Assembly: GCA_964106645.2 (NCBI GenBank)
Contig: OZ067039.1
From: Podarcis pityusensis
Taxonomy: Eukaryota
Reading direction: 5' to 3' (one strand)
DNA: 64,000 nt
The notes under the pieces were generated by a model. It saw only the letters and a list, made by a program, of their open reading frames with translations, ran no database searches and was not told the origin of the DNA. Numbering within the stretch: position 1 is the stretch's first letter; every line of letters begins with the position of its first letter. Made by a program: the position numbers and the translations under genes. Positions 24,614 through 38,500 of this stretch are shown here, one piece after another.

Positions 24614-26100
24614 ATGCATACAAATATAATAATAGAAATGGGAACAACAATTAACCAACTTAATTCAGAGTGGAAATACACTTTAATCTCATGATAGAGT
24701 GATATTAATTGCACAAAGTTCACAACACATTGCAGATTAGAGAAGACAGCATCATGTCTGGTCGAGGTAAGAAGCTATAACCAGTTCTGAGCTTTTAAGA
24801 GCAAGGGTGGAGGTGTCTATAATGCTATGTAAATATATAGCACTGGTATATAGAGGGCATTTATCAGTGGCAGTTTGAGGAACCAATAAAACATCCACTT
24901 CTTTGTCAAAGGCTATACAGTATTACTGTTGGTTATTGACACTGTGTGGCATTACTGCTGGGAGCTGTTGTATGTACAGTATTTATAATTGACTGGTGTG
25001 CCTCTGCAGATTTCAGGCTGTGCTGTTGCCTTGAAAGGGCTGGTTTTAAAAACCTGCTAAATCTCCAACCCTGAAGTAACAAAAAACTTTAATATGGTAC
25101 AGCAAATGCACAAGAGTCCTGTGGAACTGTAGTGTAAGCTTTCATGGATGTTATCAGATGCCTACTCACTAGAATGATAACTGCAATGCTCTGGAGACAA
25201 TGAAATAGTCCTCAAGTCTCAAACTGTGGTTAATGAAATTTACTGCCTCTTTGTCCCTGCTCTGTACATGCATGGAGCAGCTATAGGCCAAATAGGTAAC
25301 TGATGTGCTGTCAGACTAAAAAATAAGTAAGTTATACAGAAGTAAGTCTGGTATAAATTTACCTTTATATTTCAAATCATAATAAACCCTCACTATACTG
25401 GGTGCCCTGTTATGTAACTTACCAACTTCCAACACACTTGGATCTTTTTCTTTTGCAAGCTGATTTGTAGACAATTATTCAGTGTCCCAAGCTTGGAACT
25501 AATGCTCAATAAATACTTTCAAATAATTTCTCAGTTCATATTTTGGGGTTCTGGAATGCCAAGTCCCATTCTGAAACTATAGAAGGGAGAAATTTCTATT
25601 GGAGGAATAAATTCATCTGCTCCATGTACAGCTCCACGTTCTAAGCCACAACTTCAGTTTCCCAGACTTCAGCTTATTTACCTCTGCAAGTCCTTATTGG
25701 AGGAACTGCTTCCCTTTCTGGCAATAGGAAGGCATGTGGGTGGGAATGAGTGGAGAACTGTTTCCTTGGTGTGGACTGCTGTTAGCACTACTGCAGCAGC
25801 CTGCCATAAACCACAAATACTTATTTTTAAATGAACTACCTTTGCCCCTCAATATATCAGGGACGGAGAAAGGGTGGAGTAGGCCCCATGATATTTAAGT
25901 GGGTTGCTGGTATTCTGCCTCTCAGCAGCCTGCAGGTTAATAGAGAAACAAAGCCCCCCTCCCAAAAAAAGTCCAAGTCAGTGCTAGTGATATTTTGCAG
26001 CTTAATTAAATGTAATTGCATCACTGTAATCTTCCACTCTGCTATATTGTGACCACTGTACTATTTCACTGCATGTTTTTTTTTAAATTTTAATTGTTAG

Positions 26101-26223
26101 GTAGGACATCTGTATATATGTGATTTCCACAAGAACTTCATTCAGAGTGTTCGAAACAAAAGAAAGAGGAAGACCAGTGATGATGGGGGAGACTCTCCAG
26201 AGCATGAGATTGATGTCCCAGAG
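26101..26223 (+). CDS. SAP30L: SAP30L coding exon 2 (zinc-finger C-terminal half and NLS)
   Basis: gttag| acceptor and |gtacgt donor. Encodes VGHLYICDFHKNFIQSVRNKRKRKTSDDGGDSPEHEIDVPE. 123 bp. Confidence 0.95.
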
Positions 26224-26981
26224 GTACGTAGCATAATTAAATTGGAGATTGTTGCAATTTCTGTTTGACCCTGATTGAATTTTCATTCATCTTGGTCAAC
26301 CTCGTGGGGGACCGTTTTCAGCCTGAGGGTTGCAGTTTCTCATGAACAACCTTCTGCGGGCCACATACCAGTGGTGGGTGGGGCCAAGGCAGTAGTGGAT
26401 GGTGCAACAAGTGTAATCCAATGTTTCTGCAGCCGCACCCCACACCCCTCTATCTTCCATTCAGGCAAGCAAAAGGCACACTTCAAGAACACATTCCAGT
26501 CAGTTAAAAGCATTTGATGAGGGGGCAGAGCCACAATGTAGAATAGAGTATGAAGGGTTGTGGTCTGGAAATAATCCCAAAAGACATGAAGGGCCGCATT
26601 TGACCACCAGATGTGAGGGTCCTCACTCCTGATCTATAGCCTGAAGGTTACATAGTAAATAAGTAAGGTTATAATGCCTGTGCCTTCACACAACTAATCT
26701 GCTTTCCTGCAAAATTTAGTGTACTTTTGTACTACTCTATAAAGAAACTGTCCATCACGTTTTAGTATCATATCCCCTACTGTGGTGATTCTAACTCATC
26801 TGATCAGCTATCTCAGGAAAGACCTGTGTGTCAGGAGTTGTTCTGGCCCGGATACTGTCACCAGGTCTGCTCCTAGAATGGAACTGAGGGGTAGGGCAAG
26901 ACAGCCAGAACTGACATGGGTCAAATGGGGCTACTCTTTTAGACAGTGCTAACCAGCATAGACAGAACAGCAACTGCATTA

Positions 26982-27201
26982 CAGTGGTACCTCTGGTTAC
27001 GTACTTGATTCGTTCCGGAGGTCCGTTCTTAACCTGAAACTGTTCTTAACCTGAAGCACCACTTTAGCTAATGGAGCCTGCCGCCACGCCACCACCGCCC
27101 AATTTCTGTTCTCATCCTGAAGCAAAGTTCTTAACCCGAGATACTATTTCTGGGTTAGTGGAGTCTGTAACTTGAAGCGTATGTAACCTGAGGTACCACT
27201 G
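26982..27201 (+). mobile_element. Same MITE, copy 2 (SAP30L intron 2)
   Basis: TA|CAGTGGTACCTC...GAGGTACCACTG|TA. Confidence 0.9.
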
Positions 27202-28142
27202 TATATGGACTGTAACATGTGCTTGAGCTTGCTTTTCCCTTTCCCTTGTGTGTCATGCATTTTCAGACTATGAGCCTAAGGGTAAGGACCATCTTGGTCC
27301 TGATGTTTTTAGGTCACTCTTAGAGCCTTTTGGGCAGGATATAAGGTAGGGTATAAAAAGCTTAAATAAATAATAAATAAGCAAGTGACAAACTTGTTTA
27401 CAGAAGAGAAAGCTCTGGATAAGAGATATGCTTTCTGATTCTTACTTAGTACTTGAAAAGCCTGCTCTTTGTGACAAAGACTTTCATAAGTTATGATGCT
27501 TTTTGTACTTCTCAAATTATGATTGAAACACAAGTAATTAAAAATGCAACTTCTTCAATGGGCTATATTTTATTTAGTTAGTTAGTTATAAAAACATTTC
27601 TATACTGTATCAAAAAAAAACACCACAGTGTTTTACAGCAATATAAAAAACATAAAACAGACAATAAATAATAAAAAGTTAAAAGCAAAAGGAATTTTAA
27701 AAAATCAGTGGCCCATCTTGGGGGGTGCACTCTTAATTGCCTACATAAACCTGATGGAATAGAAAAGTTTCCAACAGGCATTTAAAAGTTGGCACAAAAG
27801 GCATTCACATGTACATAGCAGCATATCAATAAAAGAAGTGCTAGGGATTGTTTGAACATCACATTGTATTAACTTTGAATGAAAGTTAAATAAGGATATA
27901 GGGTTGCATCCAGAGTTCCCCTCAGTGAGTTGAAGGGCTTCTTCCATTTGCAGAATAGACTATTGTGGAATAGCGGTTCCTGCAGGAGGAGGAGATTTTC
28001 ACCAGTTTTACACTACCACCACCCACATTTATCTGAACGGTCCCCCAACACTCTGGAGCATGGGACCTGCAGGTGAGAAGGGTAACTGGTGAAAATTTAT
28101 CTCCCTCCCTCCAGCAGCCTATGAGCAAGTTAGAAACCAAGG

Positions 28143-28325
28143 CAGCTGCCTTACGCTGAGTCAGACTATTGGTCCACCTAACTTAGCATTGTCCATGCTG
28201 ACTTACAGTGGTTCTCCAGGGTTTCAGACAGAAATCGCTCCCAGAACAATCTGGTTATACTGGAGATGAAATGCATGATTGTCTGTGTGCAAAGCATGTG
28301 CTCTACCACTGACCTCTGGCTTGCC
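28143..28325 (-). mobile_element. tRNA-derived SINE, same family as 7861-8038
   Basis: Reverse complement shows head cagtggtagagcacatgctttgc and tail ctgactcagcgtaaggcagct. Confidence 0.65.
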
Positions 28326-28699
28326 CTCTCACAGGAACTCTGGATCCAAGCCTTAATCTTTTAAGAGGGCAAATAAGAATAGTCTAATGTGACCCTGCTG
28401 TATCACCAAAGAAATTACTGGGATAGTGTATTCTCATCACTTCACCAGTATGGTGGCTACAATCCAGAGAGCGCATACAAAATGGAGAGACCATTCTGTT
28501 GAAAGTACAGGGAAGTAAGGTGCTTGCAGAGCTGTTGGTGTCCCACTATTTATATCCTAGTTACCTGTTTTGTGTATCTTGAACAGGAATTCCTTGTCTT
28601 AAAACAGGTGATGTTTCTTACTGATTTCTTCTTAGAGTAGATGCATATTTTTAAAAAGACTATGCCTTTTAACTGTCAGTCATGCCATCTTTTTTGCAG

Positions 28700-28798
28700 G
28701 TCGACTTGTTTCAACTTCAGGTAAACACACTGCGTCGTTATAAAAGGCATTACAAGTTGCAAACCAGACCTGGCCTGAATAAAGCTCAGCTGGCAGAA
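28700..28798 (+). CDS. SAP30L: SAP30L coding exon 3
   Basis: ttgcag| acceptor and |gtaagt donor. Encodes [33 protein letters not shown]. 99 bp. Confidence 0.96.
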
Positions 28799-30158
28799 GT
28801 AAGTTGGCTAGCAAGCTTCTGTGCTTTCATTATATGAACTGTGCTTACCCGCCACAACCAAACCTATTTATTTTTATTATAGTAATGCTGACTTGTAATT
28901 GTAGCTACTTATTGTAGCTACACATTGTCAGTATGACACCACTGCCTTCAACTGTATACTTAACACTTCTCAAAGGGTAAAATGTGAAAGGACCTGGAAT
29001 GCTCCAGCTAATAAAGTAAGCTGATTTTCTTCTCTTAATTGTTCAAGTTTTTTGAGGGGGGGAAACCACCACCAAATAACATTCTTTTGTTTACATATGT
29101 TGCATCAGTCACATGTCATATTAATCCATAGTTTAAATTAAACTATGGTTTAATATGAAAGAGTAGCATGTCTGTGCACATCACATTCCTCAAGTCCCTG
29201 TGATGCTCCCCCACTGCTCCTTGCTTTCCTGAACAAAGGAAACAGTCTAGAGGCTGGTCTGCCATTACATATGAACCAGTGTTTATGGTTTGTTTTACTA
29301 ACAAAATATGATGGTAAGTTGAGGTTTGTTCTTAATTTACTTTTGCCTGTGTCTGTGTCTTTTGCCTGGCACAGGAGCACTGACAGTTAACAAATTGAGG
29401 ATTTGATTCAGTTCTTGAAAGTGTTGGCCAGTACCTAAATTACAGGTCCATTAAAAAGAAACTTGAGGGAACTGTTGGCAAAAGCACATGTTCGTTTAAG
29501 GAAATTGTGCTTTTCTTCCAGTCCATGCTTTTTTACCAACACCAAACATTATTATCATTATCATTATTAATAAAATTGTACACCGCCCTTCATCTGAAGA
29601 TCACAGGGCAGTTCACAACATCAAAATACAAAATGAGAACCCAAAATACAAAGTACAAACCAATACCCTCTTTTCACAAACACCAGGCTATCAACCAGGC
29701 TTGAAGTTTTGTATGATTTATCAACTGACATCTATAATTGTTCAAGTGGGCAATCTCTGTTTTATACTGTAGGTCATTTTGTTTCTCAGGGGCTTCTGCA
29801 AGGTGTTGTTATGTGTGCTATAGGTTCATTTTCTGCTTTGCATGTCATAGGAAATATCAACTGTCGTTTCTCCTTAGCGTTCCATGAAATATTGAGATGA
29901 AAAGAAATTTCAAGCACATTCAACATGCAATAGACCTTGGAGAGCCAGCTGTGACTAAACCACAGCCAAGGGATAGGGAGCCTGTGGTCCAGATGAAGTC
30001 CAGATGTTGGACTATAACCCCATGATCCCTGACTATTGTCCTGGCTTATGGGAGTTGGGAGTTGAATAACTTCTGGATGACTGCATGTTCTCCATCCCTG
30101 CTACAGACCATGTGCTAGCTCTATATTACAAAACTTTCTAATTTTCTTGTCCTTTCAG

Positions 30159-30284
30159 ACTGTCAGCCGTCACTTCAGGAACATCCCAGTGAATGAGAAA
30201 GAGACACTTGCATACTTCATATACATGGTAAAGAGTAACAAGAGTAGGTTGGATCAGAAGTCAGAAAGTAGCAAACTTGAATGA
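30159..30284 (+). CDS. SAP30L: SAP30L coding exon 4 to stop (Sin3-interaction domain)
   Basis: ttcag| acceptor. Encodes TVSRHFRNIPVNEKETLAYFIYMVKSNKSRLDQKSESSKLE* with TGA at 30282-30284. Total protein 177 aa. Confidence 0.96.
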   Translation, partial: TVSRHFRNIPVNEKETLAYFIYMVKSNKSRLDQKSESSKLE

Positions 30285-33200
30285 AGATCAGGCAGGTTTT
30301 GGACACAATTGTATGTGAATTTGAAGAAGCATTGGGTGCATTATGAATACAAAAGAGTTAACATTTTTGTAAATTTAAGTGCAAACTAGAAATTATACAG
30401 AAAACTTTTGGTCCAGAATATTAGAATACATGAATATATGTGATGATTCCAGAATTTTCAAAGCCTAATACTTGACTGAAGGGATGGAGATCACAGGAAA
30501 AATCAAGAAGTCAAATATAATGCCTGTCCACAGGATTAAAATTAATCTCTTGATTATAAGTCACATGTGATAAGAGTTCATCATTCTTTCACTGGATCAT
30601 ACCATATCCATATAGGGCTCTAGGACTTACTTGGTCCAGGTCAGGCATGACACTAGAATTTTGATTCAAAATCTTGGTCTGGGGTTCCTCTTTTTAAGTG
30701 TGGTCACCACTTGTATTTAATACAGGATTACTTGCTTTGAGACTAAATATGTATGGGTGCTAGAAGTTTTTAAACCTTGCCTTTTTGTATGTATATGGTC
30801 TTGATAGAATACTAAAACTGTCCAACTCTGCTTATTTGCTACTAGAACTTCTATTTTGTGAATTCACAAAAGTTAAAATGTTAAATGTTCAGGTGTTCTT
30901 GTTTTTTTAAAAAGCATCATTAATTGAGAGCTATTAGAATTTAGACATGCTATCCAATGCTTTTGCAAAGTTCAGTGCACAAATTTAATTCTGTTTTTTC
31001 ACCATACTAAAAATGACTTTATTTAAGTTACTGTGGGCCATTGATCAATATTTAAAGCACCAGATTAACAGCACAATTTTATATATATCTACTCAGAAGT
31101 AAGCCTCATTGAGTTCCACTGGTCTACTTCCAGAAAAATGAGTGTAGCAGTGCAGCCCAGGTCTGTAACCAAATATTCAGTTATATACCTAATCTGATCT
31201 TGGTTAGGCAGATATCCATTAGCCTATCTGATGCTTTGACATTTGAATGCACACAATGCAAAACATCAGTTATTATGTCAGCAGTTATGATGTCTGCTCA
31301 CTCTAATTTTTGAAAATGAGAATTAGTGCCAATCCTCTTCTCTCTCCTACATGCAGCCACCGGAAATGTGCAGTGACAAAGTTACCATTGTTTAAATTTC
31401 ATGTTGCTCTTCACCTTTTATCCAATCCAGAATCCCTTATACACTGCACATGTGTACAGCTTCCTCATTTTCTTCAGTGGAGGAGGCAACACTATGGTCT
31501 AAAATAAGTCAACAACTTGTGGCCTTCTAGCTTTGGCTTGCAGGTACCTAACGTCTTATGTCCTGGCCAACAACATATACAGATTATTGACCTCTTGATG
31601 GACTGCTTAACATGAATGGTGAACTGTATTTTGCTTAGTAAGTTACATGTTACTCTTGCCTGGTCTAAAGTAAGTTTTCGCATTTTTTCCCACATTCAAC
31701 TTGGAGACTATGAGCATCATATCAGCCCTGTGCTGCTCTAGTCCTTGACTTTGTTTTATAAAAGCACAGATTTAAGCACCTCTGAAATCCATCAGTCTTG
31801 TATCCAAGTAAGATGTGAGTGTATGGTGCAAGTTGCTTGCCGAAAATCTATTCCAAAGATAATTTCTCAGATGATAAGGTGATAGGCAAGCATTCAAGAG
31901 TATTTTGGCATCCTAATAGTAGATCTCTCCCCTACCCCAAACTCATGTTATGCTATGGAGATAACTGTGTGGAAAGATACTGCTTAATTCAGCCTTACAT
32001 TTATTTGTTGTGCAGTGCAGCCTTATCTTTTTAAATACTTTTCAGTCTGACAAAGCGCATGAAAAAACTAAAATTGGTCTCAAAGATGCAACACTCATTT
32101 GCAATGGTTTGTTTGTTTCTATTGCAAATAGATGCTCAAGAAACAATGGATATGCGTCATGAATACATATTCTCTCAATTAATTGGATACCACCATTAAA
32201 TGTGGTTATTTTCAGGCAGCTTCAGCAAAGGGTATGTCAATTTACCATGTACTTCCAACAGATACACAAAGTGCTACTTCTCTTTTCACTGGGAAAAGTG
32301 AATTGAACTGACCACCAGAACACAATTAATCTTTATAAGCAGAAGCTTGAGGACATAGTTTTTGATTTATCTTCAGAATATTCATGTTTGCAGTTAGAGG
32401 AATTTTGCCATGGTCATCAAAGAGACACACACTGTATGCCTCACTTCTAGACCAAAAATGTACATTTTTTAGTGTTAGGTCTCATTTTTTGTAAATAAAT
32501 AACTGCAGGGTTTCAGCAGCCAGCTTCAAAATGACTATGGAAAAATGCAGGTGCTACCCCTTTAGGCATGGCTTTGGAAATCAAATCAAGGAAATCATTT
32601 CCCCAAATAAATTAATTGATGTAAAATGTAATTGTTATTCATTATACAAGCAGATCAGCAATTGCTGATATAATTGTTGAGTCCTGTTCTAGTTTAGAGA
32701 CATCTCTATATGCCTTATTTTCAGCTAGACCAACAAGGGTTGAACAAATGTCATGGCAGACAAAATAAGCCATTTTCATGGCTTGTCATGCTAGAAAGGA
32801 ATCCAGCTCACAGCAATATCTATATTCAGGGAGAAGCCTGTGATTCTTGAACATCTAGTGTAGAATCACCAAAACCGCCATAATGCAGTTGTTTAATGTA
32901 ATGGCAGATTATGCTGCGTGCCATTTAAGGAAATTATCCAATTCCTTGTGGTTTTAATAAAACCTTCATCAGCATTTTTGAGCTTCAAAGGATGTGAAGG
33001 ATATTCTAAAATTAATAGAATATGTGAGAACTTAGTCACATTGACATGTTCGTTCATACAAACTGGTGGGTTGCATTTTATCTTGATTCTTGTCAACTAT
33101 ATAGTTTACATGGGGTTTAAGCTAGTCAGCTACGAACTGTGGCTTGGGTGTGACAGTTCACACGTTTAAGATTAGGTGTGGGAGATTATATTGCTGACCA

Positions 33201-34921
33201 CAGCTATACTGAATGAAACTTAACTCCAAGCAAGAAGATCTGTTTGAAACCTTCAAACTCATTCAAGAACCCACTTAAAGCTAGCAGAAGGGCCATCTTT
33301 GTTTTAATGGGCTTTGCATCAGAGCCAAAGAACTTAATGTGGCACATCTTCTATAATGAAGTTAACCATCAAATATGGTGGTCCTCGGTGCATTAGTTGT
33401 TGTTATTGTAGTAGTGCAAGGATTTTTGTTCATCCCTTGAATTGAATGAAGGAAAGAGCAAAGTGATGGGGAATGTGCAATGACAATTATAGCACTGGAA
33501 TGACACTTTTATGAATACATTGTGCAGGAATACATTGTGCAGTTGATTAAATAGTCAGAAACTAAATCAAGCAAGTCCAAGTGTGTTTCTGCAATATAAA
33601 TGTTGCATATCAAACTCCTGCACTAAATTTCAGATTTTGTCTTGCAAGGCATATCATGAAATATGATTCAAAAGTTAAGTCCTGCAGTTGTTCTTGCAGA
33701 ACTCCTAAGTCTTAGATTCATAGACTAATTCAATCAAACCCTTTTTTCCCCTGCCACCTGAAATATTTTATCAGTAAACGTATCTGTGTAAACGTCAGCA
33801 AAGCCAAAGTAGCTCATGGCAAGGATATTTTTTCAGATTTTCGAAAGCAGACTTGAAAAGCCATGAGCAAGATATATCCCAGAAATGCAGCAATTGGTGA
33901 CTTGTCTTGAGAGAGAACTTACTAAAACAGTATTTTAAATTTTGTGATAACTATATATTAGCCAAATGCAATTTTTGTGGGGGGTGGGTGGGTTTGGGAG
34001 CCTTGCACTTTACCTCATGTTGATAAATTCTAATGTAAATAAGATGGAACCCCTTGTCATATTAGAAAAAAGCATTTTGATAAAGTTGCTAAGACTTAAA
34101 AGGCGGACTGTTGTATTCAGTGCACTAGTGTCACTTCGCCCTGTGTGTTGAGATGAGGGACTGATGAATCTTTAGGACAGCTATCCTAAAAGAAGTATCT
34201 CAGTACTGGAACAATTGATTAAAGGGCCCTGCTATAATGAAGCAGAACATCAGTGTTCCCTCACTTGTAATATCCCACATGCTCAGTTGTGAATCTAAGG
34301 GTGTGCTTGGATTTGTTTGTTTCTTAAAAGTGTGATAGTGGTACAGGATAATTCTTGCTCTTCTGTAGAATTTACCTATTCTCATTTATTAATACCTTAG
34401 ATGTTGAATTTCAAATGTTTCTGGAGGGGAAGGGGCTCATGCCTTAAACTCAGAATTTCAATGAAATGCTTAGCAATAGTTTTTTCCTGCTGGTTGTTTT
34501 TGAGGTGTAGTTTTGGGGTTTTTTACAATTTTCAAACATGAGCTTATGGAGTTTGCCTTTTATTACGTTGCCTTCATCCCTCCTTTCTTGTCCTGATACA
34601 CACTAGAAAAACGTGACAACTTACCTGCTTATCTGTGTTTTACACCCCTTTGACATATAACAGGCTTACTGGAGGAAAACAACATCCCTTCCCCTTCATT
34701 CATTCTGGTGGGCCTTCAATGTCTTGTTCTGATCTTTATGCCAAATGTTTTAGGCAAGCTTTCATTGTGAAATAATAACTGTGTACTCTTAAAGCAACCT
34801 TGTGACTTACAGTGAAATTGTAGAGTTCTTTTCTCTAAGATGTATAGTGTATCCTTCCTTCCACTGTAAGTTAAAACTCTGTGCTGTTGGACAAAGATGT
34901 CAATGCCTGAGGTGCATTTTT

Positions 34922-34927
34922 AATAAA
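34922..34927 (+). terminator. Candidate distal poly(A) signal for SAP30L
   Basis: AATAAA at the end of a largely repeat-free ~4.6 kb stretch after the stop, followed by GU-rich sequence. Inferred only. Confidence 0.4.
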
Positions 34928-35292
34928 TGATCAGTTTTGCTGGTTGCAGTTTTCATTGTAAATGTACTCATTTATAGGTGTTAATACTATGTTTGCTGAA
35001 ATCCTCAAATGGTGGGCATAGGAAGACACTTGCATCACCCATGCGGGAAGAAAAAGCAAAAAACATTTTCTCAACTTCAGACATTTTGTACTTGACCTGG
35101 TCATACCCAGTTGCTTACCAGTATTCCATATTTTGAAAACTGAAAGCTTGGAAGCAAAGCATAATATGTACCTCATGATGTCTGCCAACTGACTTACAAT
35201 TTCAAGTGCAAGCAAATACCATGGACAGGCTGAAGAGCAGTTGTCTGGTGGTGCAAAGGAAAAAAGGTGGCTTCCCTCAATGACAAATAGCA

Positions 35293-35510
35293 AATGGTGT
35301 AGTGGATAGAGTGTTGTGACTAAGACTGAGGAGATCAGTGTTGAAGGCCCAGCCAGCCAAGAAGCTCACTTTGTGAATATGGATAAGTCGCTATATGGTT
35401 CAGCCTATATGGTTCTATGGGTAAAGATATGGCGTAGAACAAGAGCTGCCCATTTGTGCTGCCCTGAGCAGCTTTTAGGGAGTGCAGGATACATGCAAAC
35501 ATAAATTAAA
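35293..35510 (+). mobile_element. Old tRNA/CORE-type SINE
   Basis: ggtgtagtggatagagtgttg head and A-rich tail. Related minus-strand copies near 16040 and 61565-61720. Confidence 0.5.
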
Positions 35511-38500
35511 TAGCATAATTGTGTTTGTGCATAGACTACTAATATATTCCATCATCTGAAATCTATGTTGAAATTTGAGTTTAGTCTTATGAAAGGCAAA
35601 ATAGCAATTTCTTATGTTGACCAGTTTGAACAGGAAGCACTGCTTGAAAATCTGGTCACAACTATATAGTCAGAATAGGTCACATTTCACTTGCAGGAAT
35701 TCACTGAACATTATAGAGAACACAGAACTCTGTTTTTAAAATAAATACATAAATAAAGTATAGTGAAATGCCTGTCCTTGTAAACTTGTCACATTTTTAA
35801 ATTTATACTCAGTGTTCCAAACCATTCTCTTTGGGCTATTGCTGTTGTTATGTTAGTAATCAGCCATTTTAACTACCCTTTGAGAAATTGTTACCAAGAA
35901 GAGCCTTCAAGAATCCACTTAAAGCTGGCAGAAGGGGCGCCAAGGAAAAAGCACACCAAGGATAGTTCAAGTGTGTGCTTCCACTATATAAATGGATTGT
36001 TTTCTGAGAGCTTTACATTATAATGCTCATAGCTTGGTTCTTGGGAATCTTGGGGCAAAGGCATGTAGCTTTCAAGCCACCAATCTCTGAACTGAGTGAC
36101 TTCTGCATCAGTGTTCTAGACTAGCGCATTATAATCTGAGTACTGGACTGTGATCATTCTGTGTACTTCCCTCCTGTATCCTTTTTCACCATATGAGGGC
36201 AGTATCATCTAAGCAAGCACAGCTGGTTTCGCAGTCTTATAACCTTGGCAGTGTTTGTGCCCCTCCCCTTCCCTCTCAGCCGCAGGTCTGTGTTTTGCTG
36301 ATTGGGTAAGGAACATTTTCCACAGCTGTTAACAGGGACTGCAGCCATTTTCCTGTCACAAACAGGACTCTTTCCATAGAAGTGCTTGTCAGATACCGGA
36401 AGTAGGATTATGCAGTATTAAGGGATATGAATATCATAAAAAATCTGGCTTTTTAAAAATGGCCTGGTTGAGAATGAAATGCACTATGCACATTGGATTG
36501 GATCCCTGAAGGAGTTGTTTCTCCACCCTTTCCATAACGTTTGATAAAAGCCAGGCTTTGATTTTTCTCAGCATCCCTGTTATAAAGGGCAGATTGGAGG
36601 ATAGTGGAGAACATGAATGGAGATTTAATGGTTGAGGGTTTATTTTATAGGCAATCTGTTATCAAACAGGGTTGAGTCTATAGTAATAGCTGAGGCTTAT
36701 ATTTTATATTTACCCAGTGTACATAAGAAGGGATGACTAATTAGTTTTTCTAAGGCTACTAATTCAAGAGCTGGAGTTGAGTTTACATCTCCATTGCTTT
36801 TGGAGACAGGTTTAGATCTTCCCAGGCTTTTAGAAAATCTTCCACCACCCTGCCCCCTCCCAGCTTTTCTTAAACTTGTTTTTAAAGCTGCTTTCTATCA
36901 TGTATTTTAATTATGTTCCTACAGCTTCGGTTTCTATAGCAGCACAAATGAGGGTGCACTAAAAGGAACAGGAGGAATGAACATAGAAAATGGATTAAAC
37001 TTTGAGAAATATTATCACCCGTATAGGTGCACCCCAGAGAAGAGGCACATGCCATTGTTTCTCAATACAGATGTCCCCAGCTAGGCTTTCCTATAAGCAC
37101 AGGAAGATAGGAAGGCTGTCTACCCTACTCCCAACAGCTGTTTATTAGTTGATTTTTTTAAAAAGTGAGGTTAGTGCAGAAAAGGGTCTGTGTGTGATTT
37201 CTCTAAGGTTAAGTTTCCATTAACAAGAAAATCAGCAAGGCATCAATCTCAGGAGCTGTGTATTCAGCATCCCCAGTTGCCTGCAGCTTAGTCAAAAACC
37301 AGGGAAACAGCACGGATGGCCACAGAGCACTGCAGACATCTTTTTAATGGAAAAAGAAACACATCCTACTGCAAGGATATGGTGATCTCAACCATGTACT
37401 CACTAAATGGATAAAGAAATTATAAAATGCCTTGCAAATGAGGCAGAAAGACAGAAGCTTATTTCAAAGGACAAAATAGTTTTTAACCTTAATCTTTCAA
37501 AAATCATAGAGCCATAGATTTGAGCTGGATGCCTCCTATATATTGTACAGAAGCAGCACTGTTTAAACCCAAACTATTCCTTCTGCTACTGTTTGAATGA
37601 TAACATTAAATGATTTCCATCATTTCTGATATATCTGCTTTGTCAAATACTGATTACTTTGTGAAGAATAACCAGGTTCCACAGTGATGACACCTTTTGA
37701 ATGGACCACTTGTGATATGGCTTTCTGTGCTCCTTGTTGCCATTTATGAGATCAGCCAAGCTCAATGTCAATTTGCTGTGGTTACAGTATTGTGGGACAT
37801 GTTTGTGTTAGCATTAAGCAGAGTTAGATGGACCTTAGTGAAACTAAAAATGTATTGGTGCACTGGTCAGCATGGGCTCAATCGGGATCACTTGACTTGC
37901 ATGAAGAGCCTTAGGAGTGTGCATAGGAAATCCATCAATTAACTCCTTCCATCAGTAGCATCAAAACCCAACAAACAGCACTGGTAGACCCTAAACCACT
38001 TTCTAAAACGTTTGCAATCAACCAATCTATGCTGCCTTGGAAAGTACTTTGGTTTGACTTAATAAAGCCTTTATAAAGAACAATGTGGTGTCTCACTTGT
38101 GTTTTATCTAGGAAGGATTTGCCCTACTGGGTGTTCTCCCATCAGTTCATCAATTCACAGCATTTTTGGCTGCCGAGAGAGGAGTTACAAGACTCTCTAG
38201 CACAGAAGACTCGATCTGAATGGGCTGTCTAGGTTGGAGATTCCAGTAGACCCATATGTGGGAAAGGCTAGGGGCAGGCAATGCAAAGAAGACATTTCAG
38301 TTATTTTATTTGAAAGCTGGCCAAGGTCCTGAGAGACTGGAAGGATGGGTGAGGATCAAAGGCCTCGCTGGCTGTAAATCTTTCACCTGCAACTGTTACT
38401 TACTGGGGCTTTTGGCCATTATTTCGAGGTCGGGCCCAGGTCAGGATTTCTCCTGTCTCTTTAGTCCCCAAACTCTGAAACATCCACCTTATCTTTGACG

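Noticed and set aside
33513-33542. Perfect 15-bp tandem duplication GAATACATTGTGCAG
   Set aside because: An ordinary slippage duplication with no further structure.
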